Assembly (NCBI GenBank): GCA_964485195.1
Contig: CAZAIK010000004.1
Coordinates: forward strand, 1 to 33,672
Source of the DNA: an uncultured Methanosarcinales archaeon
GTDB lineage: Archaea; Nanobdellota; Nanobdellia; Woesearchaeales; CAIVOO01
Direction of reading: 5' to 3'
Length of the DNA stretch: 33,672 nucleotides
Part shown: positions 16,481 through 25,372 of the stretch, piece after piece
How positions within the stretch are numbered: position 1 is the stretch's first letter
Layout of the letters: the number at the start of each line of letters is the position of its first letter
Program-made: the position numbers and the translations under genes
The notes under the pieces: generated by a model
What the model saw: the letters and a program-made list of their open reading frames with translations, nothing else
Databases searched by the model: none
What the model was told of the DNA's origin: nothing

Positions 16481-16978
16481 TTTTTTTATTTCCCCTTCTG
16501 AAACATATTTTTTTAATTCTTCTTCATCCAATGCCAGGATTCCGTATGTAACCTGCCCTTCTTCATACCCCAAAGCGCCAACATAAAGGGGCAATGCCGG
16601 AAAATCCCTTGTCTGGACAACTGCCTGCTCAAGCATGCTTATCTTTCCCGGCTTCAGCTTTTTGAAAATATAGTTAAGTGCATTCCTTCCGTCAAGAAAC
16701 CCCCTGCAGGTGTAAAAGTCAAGCTTCAGGGTTTCAAAGCCCTCCTCAGGAAAAGTGGATGCGTCCAGATGGGATTCTTCAAGTATTATTGATAGGGAAA
16801 AGCCCTGGGACTCAAACTTGTGCCCTGCCATCTTTATTACGCTGAAATTGTCGCGAACCAAACCTCTCTTGATTATTGCAGTCAGCCTGTCAGGATTGTT
16901 GAGAATGTTCTGGTTAATGCCTGTCAGCTGGCAGTAGATGTGATTTCCAATCCTGCTCACTTCATACTCTTCGCTCAT
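16445..16978 (-). CDS. Divergent prokaryotic S-adenosylmethionine decarboxylase-family (pyruvoyl) proenzyme
   Basis: GNHIYCQL, HKFESQGFS, LEESHL (Glu-Ser cleavage site), TFPE and DFYTC motifs. Confidence 0.8.
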   Translation of the reverse strand: MSEEYEVSRIGNHIYCQLTGINQNILNNPDRLTAIIKRGLVRDNFSVIKMAGHKFESQGFSLSIILEESHLDASTFPEEGFETLKLDFYTCRGFLDGRNALNYIFKKLKPGKISMLEQAVVQTRDFPALPLYVGALGYEEGQVTYGILALDEEELKKYVSEGEIKKLTHAVQVFYDL

Positions 16979-17029
16979 GCAAAAGAAAGATTTGAAAAAG
17001 AAATTTAAAATTTTGGGTTTTTGCAATTA

Positions 17030-17152
17030 TTACTTTTCTGCCGGCTTTTCTTCAGCCTTTTCGCACACGCAGGTTCTGCACTTCTTGCATCCGCCGCACA
17101 CCGGGCACTTCTCTTCTTCAGAACATTCGCATACTTTCTTGTCCTCTTCCAT
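17030..17152 (-). CDS. 40-aa Cys-rich metallothionein-like microprotein (not in ORF track)
   Basis: MEEDKKVCECSEEEKCPVCGGCKKCRTCVCEKAEEKPAEK. GAGGTGA SD and TTTATAAA TATA at 17189-17196. Confidence 0.75.
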   Translation of the reverse strand: MEEDKKVCECSEEEKCPVCGGCKKCRTCVCEKAEEKPAEK

Positions 17153-17239
17153 AAAACATCACCTCTCATCCTGAATTAAGTTGCTTTCTTTATAAATATA
17201 ACCAATTAATTTATAAACAAAAAATCAAAACTTTAACAA

Positions 17240-18547
17240 ATGGAAAAAAAGGTGTGGGTTATTTCTGTAGATATGGGATATGGGCATCAGAGGGCAGCTT
17301 ATCCCCTGAAAGACATTGCCTATGAAAGGATAATCACTGCCAATTCTGACAAGATTGTCACGCCTGGAGAAAAGAAGCAGTGGAAAAGGTTCAGGAGATA
17401 TTACGAAGGGCTTTCAAGGTTCAGGAGCTTTCCTGTGCTGGGAAGGTTTATCTGGAAAATATATGACAAGTTCCAGTCAATATCCCCTTTTTATCCCTTC
17501 AGGGACTTGTCCAAGCCGAACCTCGGCTCAATATTCATGCACAAATTAATCAGGAATGATTTTCTCAGGAGCATAGTTGACTACACAAGCAAGAAAAAGA
17601 TTCCTTTTGTGAGCACGTTCTTTGCCCCCGCACTTGCCGCAGCCCGCGCAGGAAGGAAGGATGTTTACTGCGTTGTCACAGATACTGACATTAACAGGAT
17701 ATGGGCCCCTGAAAAGCCGAAAGAAGACAGAGTATACTATCTGGCCCCCACGAGACACAGCACGAAAAGATTGATGCAGTACGGAGTGCCTGAAAAGAAC
17801 ATTTTCTTCACAGGATTCCCCCTGCCGAAGGAAAACACGGGCAGAAACCTGGAAATTATGAAAAAAGACCTGGGGGAACGACTGCCCAATCTCGACCCCA
17901 AAAAGGTCTACATATCACGCTACAAGGAAACAATAAAAAAACAGCTGGGCAAGCATTACAGGAAAAAAAGCAGGCATCCCCTGACATTGACATTCGCGGT
18001 GGGAGGTGCTGGCGCGCAAAAGGAAATAGGCAAGGCAATACTCAAAAGCCTTAAGAGCAGGATAAAAAGCCACAAAATACGCGTCAATCTGGTTGCAGGG
18101 ACGCGGCTTGAGATTAACCAATACTTCCTGAACGCGATCAAGGAAATCGGCCTGGAACAGGAACACGGCAAGTACGTAAGGGTTCTCTGCGAGCTTAACA
18201 AGAAAAACCATTTTGAAAAATTCAACGAATGGCTCCACGAGACAGACATATTGTGGACAAAGCCCAGCGAGCTTTCCTTCTACGTTGCTCTTGGCATACC
18301 CATAATAATCACCCCACCCCTTGGCTCTCACGAGATTTTCAACGAGAAATGGCTTGTAACAATGGGCTCGGGCATAAGGCAGGAAAACCCTGAGTATGCC
18401 AGTGAATGGCTGTTTGAATGGATTAACAAGGGCATACTTGCAGAAGCGGCCTGGGAAGGATACCTGGAAGCTCCTTCCTACGGCGCATACAACATAGAAA
18501 AAATAATATTCAACAAGGACAAAAACAGGATAAAATTAAGGTATTAA
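17240..18547 (+). CDS. GT-B glycosyltransferase, MGDG-synthase/GT28-like
   Basis: MGYGHQRAA, VVTDTD, TGFPLP, GGAGAQ and WTKPSEL motifs. Confidence 0.8.
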   Translation: MEKKVWVISVDMGYGHQRAAYPLKDIAYERIITANSDKIVTPGEKKQWKRFRRYYEGLSRFRSFPVLGRFIWKIYDKFQSISPFYPFRDLSKPNLGSIFMHKLIRNDFLRSIVDYTSKKKIPFVSTFFAPALAAARAGRKDVYCVVTDTDINRIWAPEKPKEDRVYYLAPTRHSTKRLMQYGVPEKNIFFTGFPLPKENTGRNLEIMKKDLGERLPNLDPKKVYISRYKETIKKQLGKHYRKKSRHPLTLTFAVGGAGAQKEIGKAILKSLKSRIKSHKIRVNLVAGTRLEINQYFLNAIKEIGLEQEHGKYVRVLCELNKKNHFEKFNEWLHETDILWTKPSELSFYVALGIPIIITPPLGSHEIFNEKWLVTMGSGIRQENPEYASEWLFEWINKGILAEAAWEGYLEAPSYGAYNIEKIIFNKDKNRIKLRY

Positions 18548-18819
18548 ACCTTTTTCCTGGCCTCTTCCAAAATCCTTTGAAGAGAGCTAAATGCTTCGCT
18601 GGTTTTTTGCTGTTCAACCAATTTTTCCACCACGTCAGCCTGTCCCGCCAAATCATTCAAGCCGGCTTTTTTTAGCAGGTCCTTTAGCACGTCAAGCTGT
18701 TCCTTAAGCTTTTTCTCGTCTTCCACTTCCATTTCGTTTGTCTTTTGGTCCCTGACAAAAGGCCAGTTAAGTATGACCAGGAGTTTTTGCAAAACCTGTT
18801 TCTCATCGTCGTTTAGCAT
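18544..18819 (-). CDS. Hypothetical helical protein
   Basis: 91-aa ORF with a TATA (TTTATAAA) about 25 nt upstream, consistent with a leaderless transcript. Confidence 0.55.
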   Translation of the reverse strand: MLNDDEKQVLQKLLVILNWPFVRDQKTNEMEVEDEKKLKEQLDVLKDLLKKAGLNDLAGQADVVEKLVEQQKTSEAFSSLQRILEEARKKV

Positions 18820-18861
18820 TTTAATAACTTTTCACTTTTGGTTTATAAACTTTTTGTAAAT

Positions 18862-19332
18862 TCAGTTCAGCAGCACAAAGCTCAGGTTAAGAACAGCTGC
18901 AAAGCTTACCCACACTATGTATGGAACAAGCAGGCAGGCAGCTGTTCTTGAAACCCTTGCAAACCATATGATTGTCAGTAAAATCGCAATCCACAAGACA
19001 ATTATCCCTATAAGCCCAAACAGCGGGCTTCTCAGGTAAAAGAAGAAAAAAGACCACAGGACATTCAACACAAGCTGTACCCCAAACAGGGCAATCCCTG
19101 TCCTGACCTCTTTCTTTTTCCATCCCTTTGCCCAGACAATATAAAGGGAGATGCCCATCAGGACAAACAGGGCTGTCCATACCGGGGCGAAAACCCAGCT
19201 CGGAGGATTGAAGAAGGGCTTGTTCAACGTGTCATACCATTCGGGAATTGACCTTGCGTTGAACAAGGAGCCGATAAGCGCCGCTAATTGGCAAACTCCC
19301 AAAGAAACTACCAATACTGCAATATTCTTCAA
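18862..19332 (-). CDS. tspO: TspO/MBR tryptophan-rich sensory protein
   Basis: WYDTLNKPFFNPPSWVFAPVWT, QLVLNVLWSFFFF and LVPYIVWVSFA. Start uncertain (TTG 19332, just after the gnd stop). Confidence 0.9.
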   Translation of the reverse strand: MKNIAVLVVSLGVCQLAALIGSLFNARSIPEWYDTLNKPFFNPPSWVFAPVWTALFVLMGISLYIVWAKGWKKKEVRTGIALFGVQLVLNVLWSFFFFYLRSPLFGLIGIIVLWIAILLTIIWFARVSRTAACLLVPYIVWVSFAAVLNLSFVLLN

Positions 19333-19334
19333 CC

Positions 19335-20249
19335 TTATTTTCTGCCTCCGGATTTTTTCTTTATGACCTCGTGACCGCCAAACATATTTCTTAATGCAGC
19401 TATTATCCGCCCGCAAACCTTGTGCTTCCTGGAGCGGACCCTAATCATCCTTGCCTCGTGAAGTATGGGCATATCTGCCATGTTCTCAAGCATTTTCATC
19501 TCCTCCTCTGTCTCCCCTTTTGGAACTTCGCAGGATATCTTTTCCAGGAAGCCTTTTTTCCGGAAGGCCTCCCATAGCCAGTCCATCAGGCGGCCTTCAA
19601 TGATGCTTCCGTGGGAATAAACTTTTACAACCTCTTTCAAGTCGGTATTGAAAACCCCCTGCTGTTTTTCTATTGCAAGAAATCCTTCAGCAATTGCTCC
19701 CATCATTCCGTATTCAATTGCATTATGCACTGCCTTAACAAAATGGCCGGCTCCTGATTCGCCCATATAGCCGTAGCCGTTCACAACGCACAAATCCCTG
19801 AAAAGCTTTTCAGTCTTCCTAAAAGCTGTTTTTTGGCCGCCGACCATCATGCACGCTCCCTTCCTTGCTCCCTCAATTCCTCCCGAGGTTCCGCAGTCAA
19901 GAAAATAAACATCTTTCTTTTCCAGCCTGTTACGCCTTTTGATGGAGTCCTTGTAAAAGGAATTTCCTCCGTCTATCACTATGTCTCCTTTTTTCAGGTG
20001 AGGCTCAAGCTTTGATATGGTATCATCAACAGGCCTGCCTGCAGGCACCATAATCCAGATTATCCTCTCTTTTTTTGGAAGTTTGTCAAACATCTGCTTT
20101 AATGTGAAAGCAGGAACAGCTCCCCTGCCGGCCAGCGCCTTTATGGGCTTTTCAGAAACATCATAAACAACTGGCTTGTTCCTCTTATCCAGAAGGTTAA
20201 GCACCATATTATGGCCCATCTTTCCGAGTCCGATAAAGCCTATTTTCAT
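19335..20249 (-). CDS. gnd: 6-phosphogluconate dehydrogenase, decarboxylating (short type)
   Basis: IGLGKMG, MVPAG, IDGGNS, DCGTSGG and GAGHFVKAVHNAIEYG. Confidence 0.93.
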   Translation of the reverse strand: MKIGFIGLGKMGHNMVLNLLDKRNKPVVYDVSEKPIKALAGRGAVPAFTLKQMFDKLPKKERIIWIMVPAGRPVDDTISKLEPHLKKGDIVIDGGNSFYKDSIKRRNRLEKKDVYFLDCGTSGGIEGARKGACMMVGGQKTAFRKTEKLFRDLCVVNGYGYMGESGAGHFVKAVHNAIEYGMMGAIAEGFLAIEKQQGVFNTDLKEVVKVYSHGSIIEGRLMDWLWEAFRKKGFLEKISCEVPKGETEEEMKMLENMADMPILHEARMIRVRSRKHKVCGRIIAALRNMFGGHEVIKKKSGGRK

Positions 20250-20263
20250 TTTAACCTCCTTTT

Positions 20264-20647
20264 TTATCTTTCATTAACAATTAATGTTCCTCTCATCCCT
20301 GAATGCCCTCTCCCGCAGGGAACATTGCACCAGAAATCAAATTCTCCTGCCTCATCAGCCACGAATTCCACAATAACCTCACTCTCCGGCTCCAGCCTTT
20401 CATTGATGCCGTATTCAGGAAGCACAAAGCCGTGGGTTACATCAGCGCTTGTGATTCTCAGCCTGACAAAATCCCCTTGATTGACTGTTATTGGGTCAGG
20501 GGTGTACTCCCACTGCACGGCTGTAACTTCAATCTCCCTTTCATTGCCGGTTACATTCTGCACTGAGTTATCATTTCCATCCTGCGCGCACCCAAAAAAC
20601 ACGGGAAGGAGCAATGCAAATATTCCCAAGATAACGTATCTTCTCAT
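20264..20647 (-). CDS. Stand-alone CuA-type cupredoxin, lipoprotein-like
   Basis: FFGC signal/lipobox-like site. DVTHGF…FWCNVPCGRGHSGM supplies His, Cys, Cys, His and Met as in COX2/NosZ CuA domains. Confidence 0.85.
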   Translation of the reverse strand: MRRYVILGIFALLLPVFFGCAQDGNDNSVQNVTGNEREIEVTAVQWEYTPDPITVNQGDFVRLRITSADVTHGFVLPEYGINERLEPESEVIVEFVADEAGEFDFWCNVPCGRGHSGMRGTLIVNER

Positions 20648-20648
20648 C

Positions 20649-22052
20649 TTATTTCGCCCTTAAATGCCATTGCCTGTTGTCCTTTTCTATGAATTCTTTT
20701 GCCTTTTCAGGATAGCTTCCTTTTTTGTGAGGATGAATTCTTAATCTTTTACCTATTATATTATCAACTATCTTCCACTGCTCCTCAATCTCGTCAGACC
20801 GTACAAAAACTGACTGGTCCCCTTTTACGACATCCATAAGCAGTGTTTCATAAGCTTCAGGGGTGTTGGGGCCGAAGGTGCATTCGTGGCAGAAGTCCAT
20901 CATCACAGAGGTTATGTCGCTGCTGGCAGGCACCTTGGCATTCAGCCTCATGTAAAACCCCTCCTCAGGCTGTATCTGTATGACAAGGTAATTGGGCTCA
21001 AAATTGCATATCCCTCTGAAAAGCAGGCAGGGCGCCTGCTTGAACTGTATGTATATTGAGGTTATCTTGTCCTTCATTCCCTTGCCTGTTATGAAATAAA
21101 AGGGAACCTCTTTCCACCTGCTGTTATTCACGAAAAGTTTCAGCGCTGCAAATGTTTCAGTTTTTGAGTTCTTCTTGACTCCTTTTTCTTTTTTGTATCC
21201 TTCATACTGTCCGAGGACAACATTTTTGCTGTCAATCTTCTTTGCTGATTTCAAAACCTTTACCTTTTCATTCCTTATGTGCTGCGCTGTCAGCGTCACA
21301 GGGGACTCCATTGAAGTGAGGCACAATAACTGGAGCATATGATTCTGTACCACATCCCGCATGGCGCCGTGTTCATCATAGTAATTGCCTCTCCCTTCAA
21401 GCCCGAAGTCCTCACTCAAGATTATCTGAACGTGATCTATGTAATTCCTGTTCCATAAAGGTTCCAGTATCGTGTTGGTAAACCTTATGATGGAAATGTT
21501 CTGCACAAGCTCCTTCCCAAGATAATGATCTATCCTGTAAATCTGCTCTTCCCTGAAAATCTTTTTCAGCTGGTTGTTTATCTTTTTTGCTGATTTCAGG
21601 TCGTGGCCGAAGGGCTTTTCAAAAACAACCCTGCTCCAGGTATTTTTCTTTTTGTTAACCAGCTTGCATCTGCTCAGGGCATTTGCAATTGCACCGAAGT
21701 GCTGGGGCATGGTTGCAAGATAAAAAAGCCTGTTGCCTTCCAGCCTGTGCTTTTTTTCCTTTTCCCTTATGAAATCGCCCAGCGCCACAAATCTTTCTTC
21801 GTCATAAAAATCTGCCCTGAAATAATAGCACCTTTTTTTCAGCTTTTCCATAACTTTCTTATTGGCATTTTTGATGAATTTTTTTGAGTTTTCAACAAGT
21901 TTTTCCCCGTTAATGTCTTCCCGGGCAATTCCCACCACTGCAAAATTATCCGCACTTTCATTGACTAGAATATTGTAAATAGCGGGAAGAAGCTTTTTCT
22001 TGGCCAAGTCTCCCGTAGCTCCAAATATTACAAACAACACATCCTTTTTCAT
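20649..22052 (-). CDS. zwf: Glucose-6-phosphate 1-dehydrogenase (bacterial type)
   Basis: FGATGDLA, EKPFG, YRIDHYLGKE and RDVVQNHMLQ. Confidence 0.96.
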   Translation of the reverse strand: MKKDVLFVIFGATGDLAKKKLLPAIYNILVNESADNFAVVGIAREDINGEKLVENSKKFIKNANKKVMEKLKKRCYYFRADFYDEERFVALGDFIREKEKKHRLEGNRLFYLATMPQHFGAIANALSRCKLVNKKKNTWSRVVFEKPFGHDLKSAKKINNQLKKIFREEQIYRIDHYLGKELVQNISIIRFTNTILEPLWNRNYIDHVQIILSEDFGLEGRGNYYDEHGAMRDVVQNHMLQLLCLTSMESPVTLTAQHIRNEKVKVLKSAKKIDSKNVVLGQYEGYKKEKGVKKNSKTETFAALKLFVNNSRWKEVPFYFITGKGMKDKITSIYIQFKQAPCLLFRGICNFEPNYLVIQIQPEEGFYMRLNAKVPASSDITSVMMDFCHECTFGPNTPEAYETLLMDVVKGDQSVFVRSDEIEEQWKIVDNIIGKRLRIHPHKKGSYPEKAKEFIEKDNRQWHLRAK

Positions 22053-22870
22053 TTTGTGATATCCCCATATTCAGGGATTACATCTTCAGTGAAATTCCTC
22101 ATTCCTTCCTGGGACTTGTAATGAACAAGAAGCTCCTTGATTACTTTGTACGGAAGGGTTGCTATGTCTGCTCCCACCAGCGCAGCTTCCCTCACCTGTC
22201 TTGGATTTCTCAGGCTTGCTGCCAGCACTTTCGCTTTTATGTCCTGCTTCTTGAAAATTTCCACTATCTGTCTTACAAGGTCAATTCCTGATATTATCCC
22301 GTTGTCCTCCAGAATCTTGCCGTTTTCATTCCAGCCATAGGCAGGAAAATAGTCACGCTTCTCAAACGGGATGTTATTGTTCTTTCTTATGAAATCGTCA
22401 ATCCTTCCTGCGAAGGGGCTCACGAATCTTGCCCCGGCCCTTGCAGCCAGCAGGGCCTGCTCAGGAGTGAATATCAGGGTGCAGTTCACAGGGATACCTT
22501 CCCTGGAAAGGGCTTCTATGGCTTTTATCCCCTCAAACTCCCTGCCCTGCTCTCCTTCAAATGAAGGGTTCACAGGTATTTTTATGTAAACATTGTTTGC
22601 AACGGGATTGAATCTTTTGAACAGCTTTTCGCCCTGCTCCACCATTTTTTCATATTCATATTCAGTGACTTCAAGGCTGACAGGGGTGCCCTTTGCAGTG
22701 AGCAGGATTTTCTCAATATACTGCTCCATATCTATTTCTTCTCCCTTCTCTTTCATAGCATCAACAGCTTTCTTGATAAGGGAAGGGTTCATGGTAATGC
22801 CGTCAGCTATTCCCGCAGAATAAATTTCCTCTATTTCTTCCAGTTTTGCAGAATCTATGAATATTCTCAT
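22049..22870 (-). CDS. tal: Transaldolase (TalC/FSA family)
   Basis: FIDSA, GITMNPSL, YIKIP, NCTLIF, VSPFAGRIDD and LAASLR. Confidence 0.9.
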   Translation of the reverse strand: MRIFIDSAKLEEIEEIYSAGIADGITMNPSLIKKAVDAMKEKGEEIDMEQYIEKILLTAKGTPVSLEVTEYEYEKMVEQGEKLFKRFNPVANNVYIKIPVNPSFEGEQGREFEGIKAIEALSREGIPVNCTLIFTPEQALLAARAGARFVSPFAGRIDDFIRKNNNIPFEKRDYFPAYGWNENGKILEDNGIISGIDLVRQIVEIFKKQDIKAKVLAASLRNPRQVREAALVGADIATLPYKVIKELLVHYKSQEGMRNFTEDVIPEYGDITK

Positions 22871-22927
22871 ATTGGCCTCTTTTTACAGCCTGAAAATTTC
22901 TGCACTTTTAAATCTTTATCTTTGAGA

Positions 22928-23287
22928 TTATAATTTGCACATATAGCAGTCTGAACGCCGGCAGGTAATGCTGCTGCCTTTCCATTTCAGGCTCCATTTT
23001 TTCATGTCCTTGATTATTCCTATGAAATCCTTCCCGCTTCTTGTGAGGGAATACTCGCATTTGATAGGAGACGTCTTTGCATCAACTTTTTTAGTTATCA
23101 GTTTTTCATTCTCAAGCTCTTTTAGCCTCATGGAAAGCACTTTTGGTGTAATTTCCTCCATCTTTTTTTTGAGATGGGAATATCTTTTCCATTTTGCTTT
23201 CCCCTTGTATAATTCAAGAAGTATGAGTAGCGTCCATTTTTTGCCCACAAAACTAACAGTCCTGTATATGGTGCATTTCTTGTCCAT
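22928..23287 (-). CDS. HxlR/DUF24-family winged-helix regulator with N-terminal Cys and C-terminal Cys cluster
   Basis: KCTI...VGKKWTLLILLEL, ITPKVLSMRLKELE and EYSLT, with tail CRRSDCYMC. Confidence 0.9.
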   Translation of the reverse strand: MDKKCTIYRTVSFVGKKWTLLILLELYKGKAKWKRYSHLKKKMEEITPKVLSMRLKELENEKLITKKVDAKTSPIKCEYSLTRSGKDFIGIIKDMKKWSLKWKGSSITCRRSDCYMCKL

Positions 23288-23305
23288 AGTATCTTTATGG
23301 AAACT
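23288..23305. promoter_or_regulatory. Candidate HxlR-family operator AGTATC-N6-GAAACT
   Basis: Near-perfect inverted repeat abutting the hxlR start. Resembles GTATC-N6-GATAC boxes of DUF24 regulators. Confidence 0.45.
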
Positions 23306-23371
23306 CCATATTATTTAAATAAGTTTCTTTTTTATACCAGCTATACTTATGATAACGAGGGGTTTGGAATT

Positions 23372-24994
23372 ATGAACGAATATGAAAGGGCAAAAAAATT
23401 CAATTTTCCCACGCAGAACGTTTCCCTGGAATGGCCTGAGAGGACGGTTGACAGCTTGTGCCCCATATGCTTGAAGCACATTGCAGCCAAAATCTACGAA
23501 AAGAACAATAAAATATTTATGGAAAAAGAGTGCAAGGAGCACGGCAGTTTTAAGGAATGCTTAAGCGATGATGCTGTTTTCTTCAAGAGAAACGAATTAC
23601 TGACATTTGAGGACGGATGGGGGCAGACAAACCCTCAGGTCAAAAATCCGAAAGGCTGCCCCGAATCCTGCGGACTTTGCAGCAATCACATAGGCTCGCC
23701 CTGTCTTGTAAACATCGACCTGACCAACAGGTGCAATATGAAATGCCCTGTCTGCTTCGCAAATTCAAACGCGGCAGGCTATGTTTATGAGCCCAGCCTT
23801 GCCCAAGTCAAAAAGATGATCAGAACAGCAAGAAGCCTGAGGCCGGTGCCCACAATGGCAATACAATACTCCGGCGGGGAGCCGACCATGTCCCCCATAT
23901 GGTTTGACGCCTTGAAGGCTGCAAAAGAAATGGGAATAACCCACGTCCAGGCAGCCTCCAACGGGATGAAATTTGCCAACGAGCCCGGCTTTGCCAAGAA
24001 GAGCAAGGAAGCTGGGCTGGACGTTGTATACCTGCAGTTTGACGGCACAGATGACAAGCCATACAAATACACGAGGAACATTTCCAACCTTTGGCACGTT
24101 AAGGAAAAAGCAGTGGAGGAGATTGGCAAGGCAGGCATAGGCATCTGCCTGGTCTCAACCCTTGTAAAGGGGGAAAGCAGCAGGAACGTGGGGGACATAA
24201 TAAGGTTTGCAGTGAATAACGACTACGTTACATCGGTGAGCCTCCAGCCTGTGTCATTCACCGGCAGGATGGACCCTGAAGAGAGAGCCAAAAAAAGGTT
24301 CACGCTCACGGACTTGGCGAATGAGACAGAGAAGCAGACAAAGGGAATTATAAAAAAATATGACTGGTATCCCATGAGCACGGTCAGTCCTTTTTCCAGG
24401 CTGCTGGACATCCTGAAACCTTCTGACACAAGGCATATGATTGCTGTTTCCCACGCCCATTGCGGAACTGCAACTTATCTGTGTGTGAATAAGGAAACAA
24501 AGGAAGCTGTTCCATTTCCAAGGTTCCTGGACATAGAAGGGCTGATGGGATATTTTGATGAGATGGCCAAAAAGCTGGAAAACAAGTCAAAGCTCACAAG
24601 AAGCATAAGCCTTGTCAAGATTTTTGCAAACCTGAAGAAATATTTCAAGGAAGAGAAAGCCCCTGAAGGGATGAAATTCAAAGACTTTATCGGTTTTTTG
24701 CGCAGCTTTTCTGACAGCTCCCAGAGGAAAAAGAGCAGGGAAAGCAAGTGGAAGATGCTCTTTGTGGCGTCAATGCACTTCCAGGACAGCTACAACTTTG
24801 AGGTTGACAGGATAAGAAGATGCTCAATATACTACTGCTCCCCTGAAGGAAAGATATACCCCTTTTGCAGTTATAACGTGGGCCCTTACTACAGGGAATA
24901 TGTTGAGAAGAAATTCTCAATTCCCATAAAGGAATGGGTCAGGAAAAGGACTTCAGAAGGGGTTACCAAAGGGTTTTATGAAGGCAAAGTTTAG
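23372..24994 (+). CDS. tes: Radical SAM protein, tetraether lipid synthase (Tes/GDGT-MAS, MJ0619) family
   Basis: N-terminal CPIC…CKEHG metal site, GCPESCGLCSNH, TNRCNMKCPVCFAN, SGGEPT, YLQFDG, QPVSFTGR, HCGTATY and MHFQDSYNF…RCSIYY…PFCSYN. Confidence 0.8.
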   Translation: MNEYERAKKFNFPTQNVSLEWPERTVDSLCPICLKHIAAKIYEKNNKIFMEKECKEHGSFKECLSDDAVFFKRNELLTFEDGWGQTNPQVKNPKGCPESCGLCSNHIGSPCLVNIDLTNRCNMKCPVCFANSNAAGYVYEPSLAQVKKMIRTARSLRPVPTMAIQYSGGEPTMSPIWFDALKAAKEMGITHVQAASNGMKFANEPGFAKKSKEAGLDVVYLQFDGTDDKPYKYTRNISNLWHVKEKAVEEIGKAGIGICLVSTLVKGESSRNVGDIIRFAVNNDYVTSVSLQPVSFTGRMDPEERAKKRFTLTDLANETEKQTKGIIKKYDWYPMSTVSPFSRLLDILKPSDTRHMIAVSHAHCGTATYLCVNKETKEAVPFPRFLDIEGLMGYFDEMAKKLENKSKLTRSISLVKIFANLKKYFKEEKAPEGMKFKDFIGFLRSFSDSSQRKKSRESKWKMLFVASMHFQDSYNFEVDRIRRCSIYYCSPEGKIYPFCSYNVGPYYREYVEKKFSIPIKEWVRKRTSEGVTKGFYEGKV

Positions 24995-25004
24995 GAGGTG
25001 ATAT

Positions 25005-25262
25005 ATGATGGCCAAAAAAATAAATGTGCTCCATCTGGGGTACGCACTGGGCATAACAGGGGCATTGTACGCATTATTCCTGGGAATTGTTGCGTGGCTT
25101 TACAGCTGGGGCGCTGACCTTGTGTTCGCGCTAAGCTCCTACTATATAGGATACGCCCCCACCCTGGGAGGAGCCCTGATAGGAACACTATGGGTGCTGG
25201 TTGACGGCTTCATAGCAGGAGTGCTGATAGCAGTGTTTTACAACCTGTTCCAGCAAAAATGA
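25005..25262 (+). CDS. Small membrane protein (family often labelled 'holin'-like)
   Basis: Hydrophobic, with LSSYYIGYAPTLGGALIG…VDGFIAG…FYN. GGAGGTGA SD. Confidence 0.7.
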   Translation: MMAKKINVLHLGYALGITGALYALFLGIVAWLYSWGADLVFALSSYYIGYAPTLGGALIGTLWVLVDGFIAGVLIAVFYNLFQQK

Positions 25263-25372
25263 CTTTTGCTTTTCAATGAAGCTTGGAAAACTTGCACGTG
25301 ACTGCAGAACCCGGTCAAGAAAGAGGATTGTAGATGAAAAACTAATATCAAAGATAAAAGAGTTTGTTAAAA

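Noticed and set aside
25005..25262. 'Holin' as evidence of a provirus
   Set aside because: No capsid, terminase, integrase or other viral genes nearby, and the context is redox/Fe-S.
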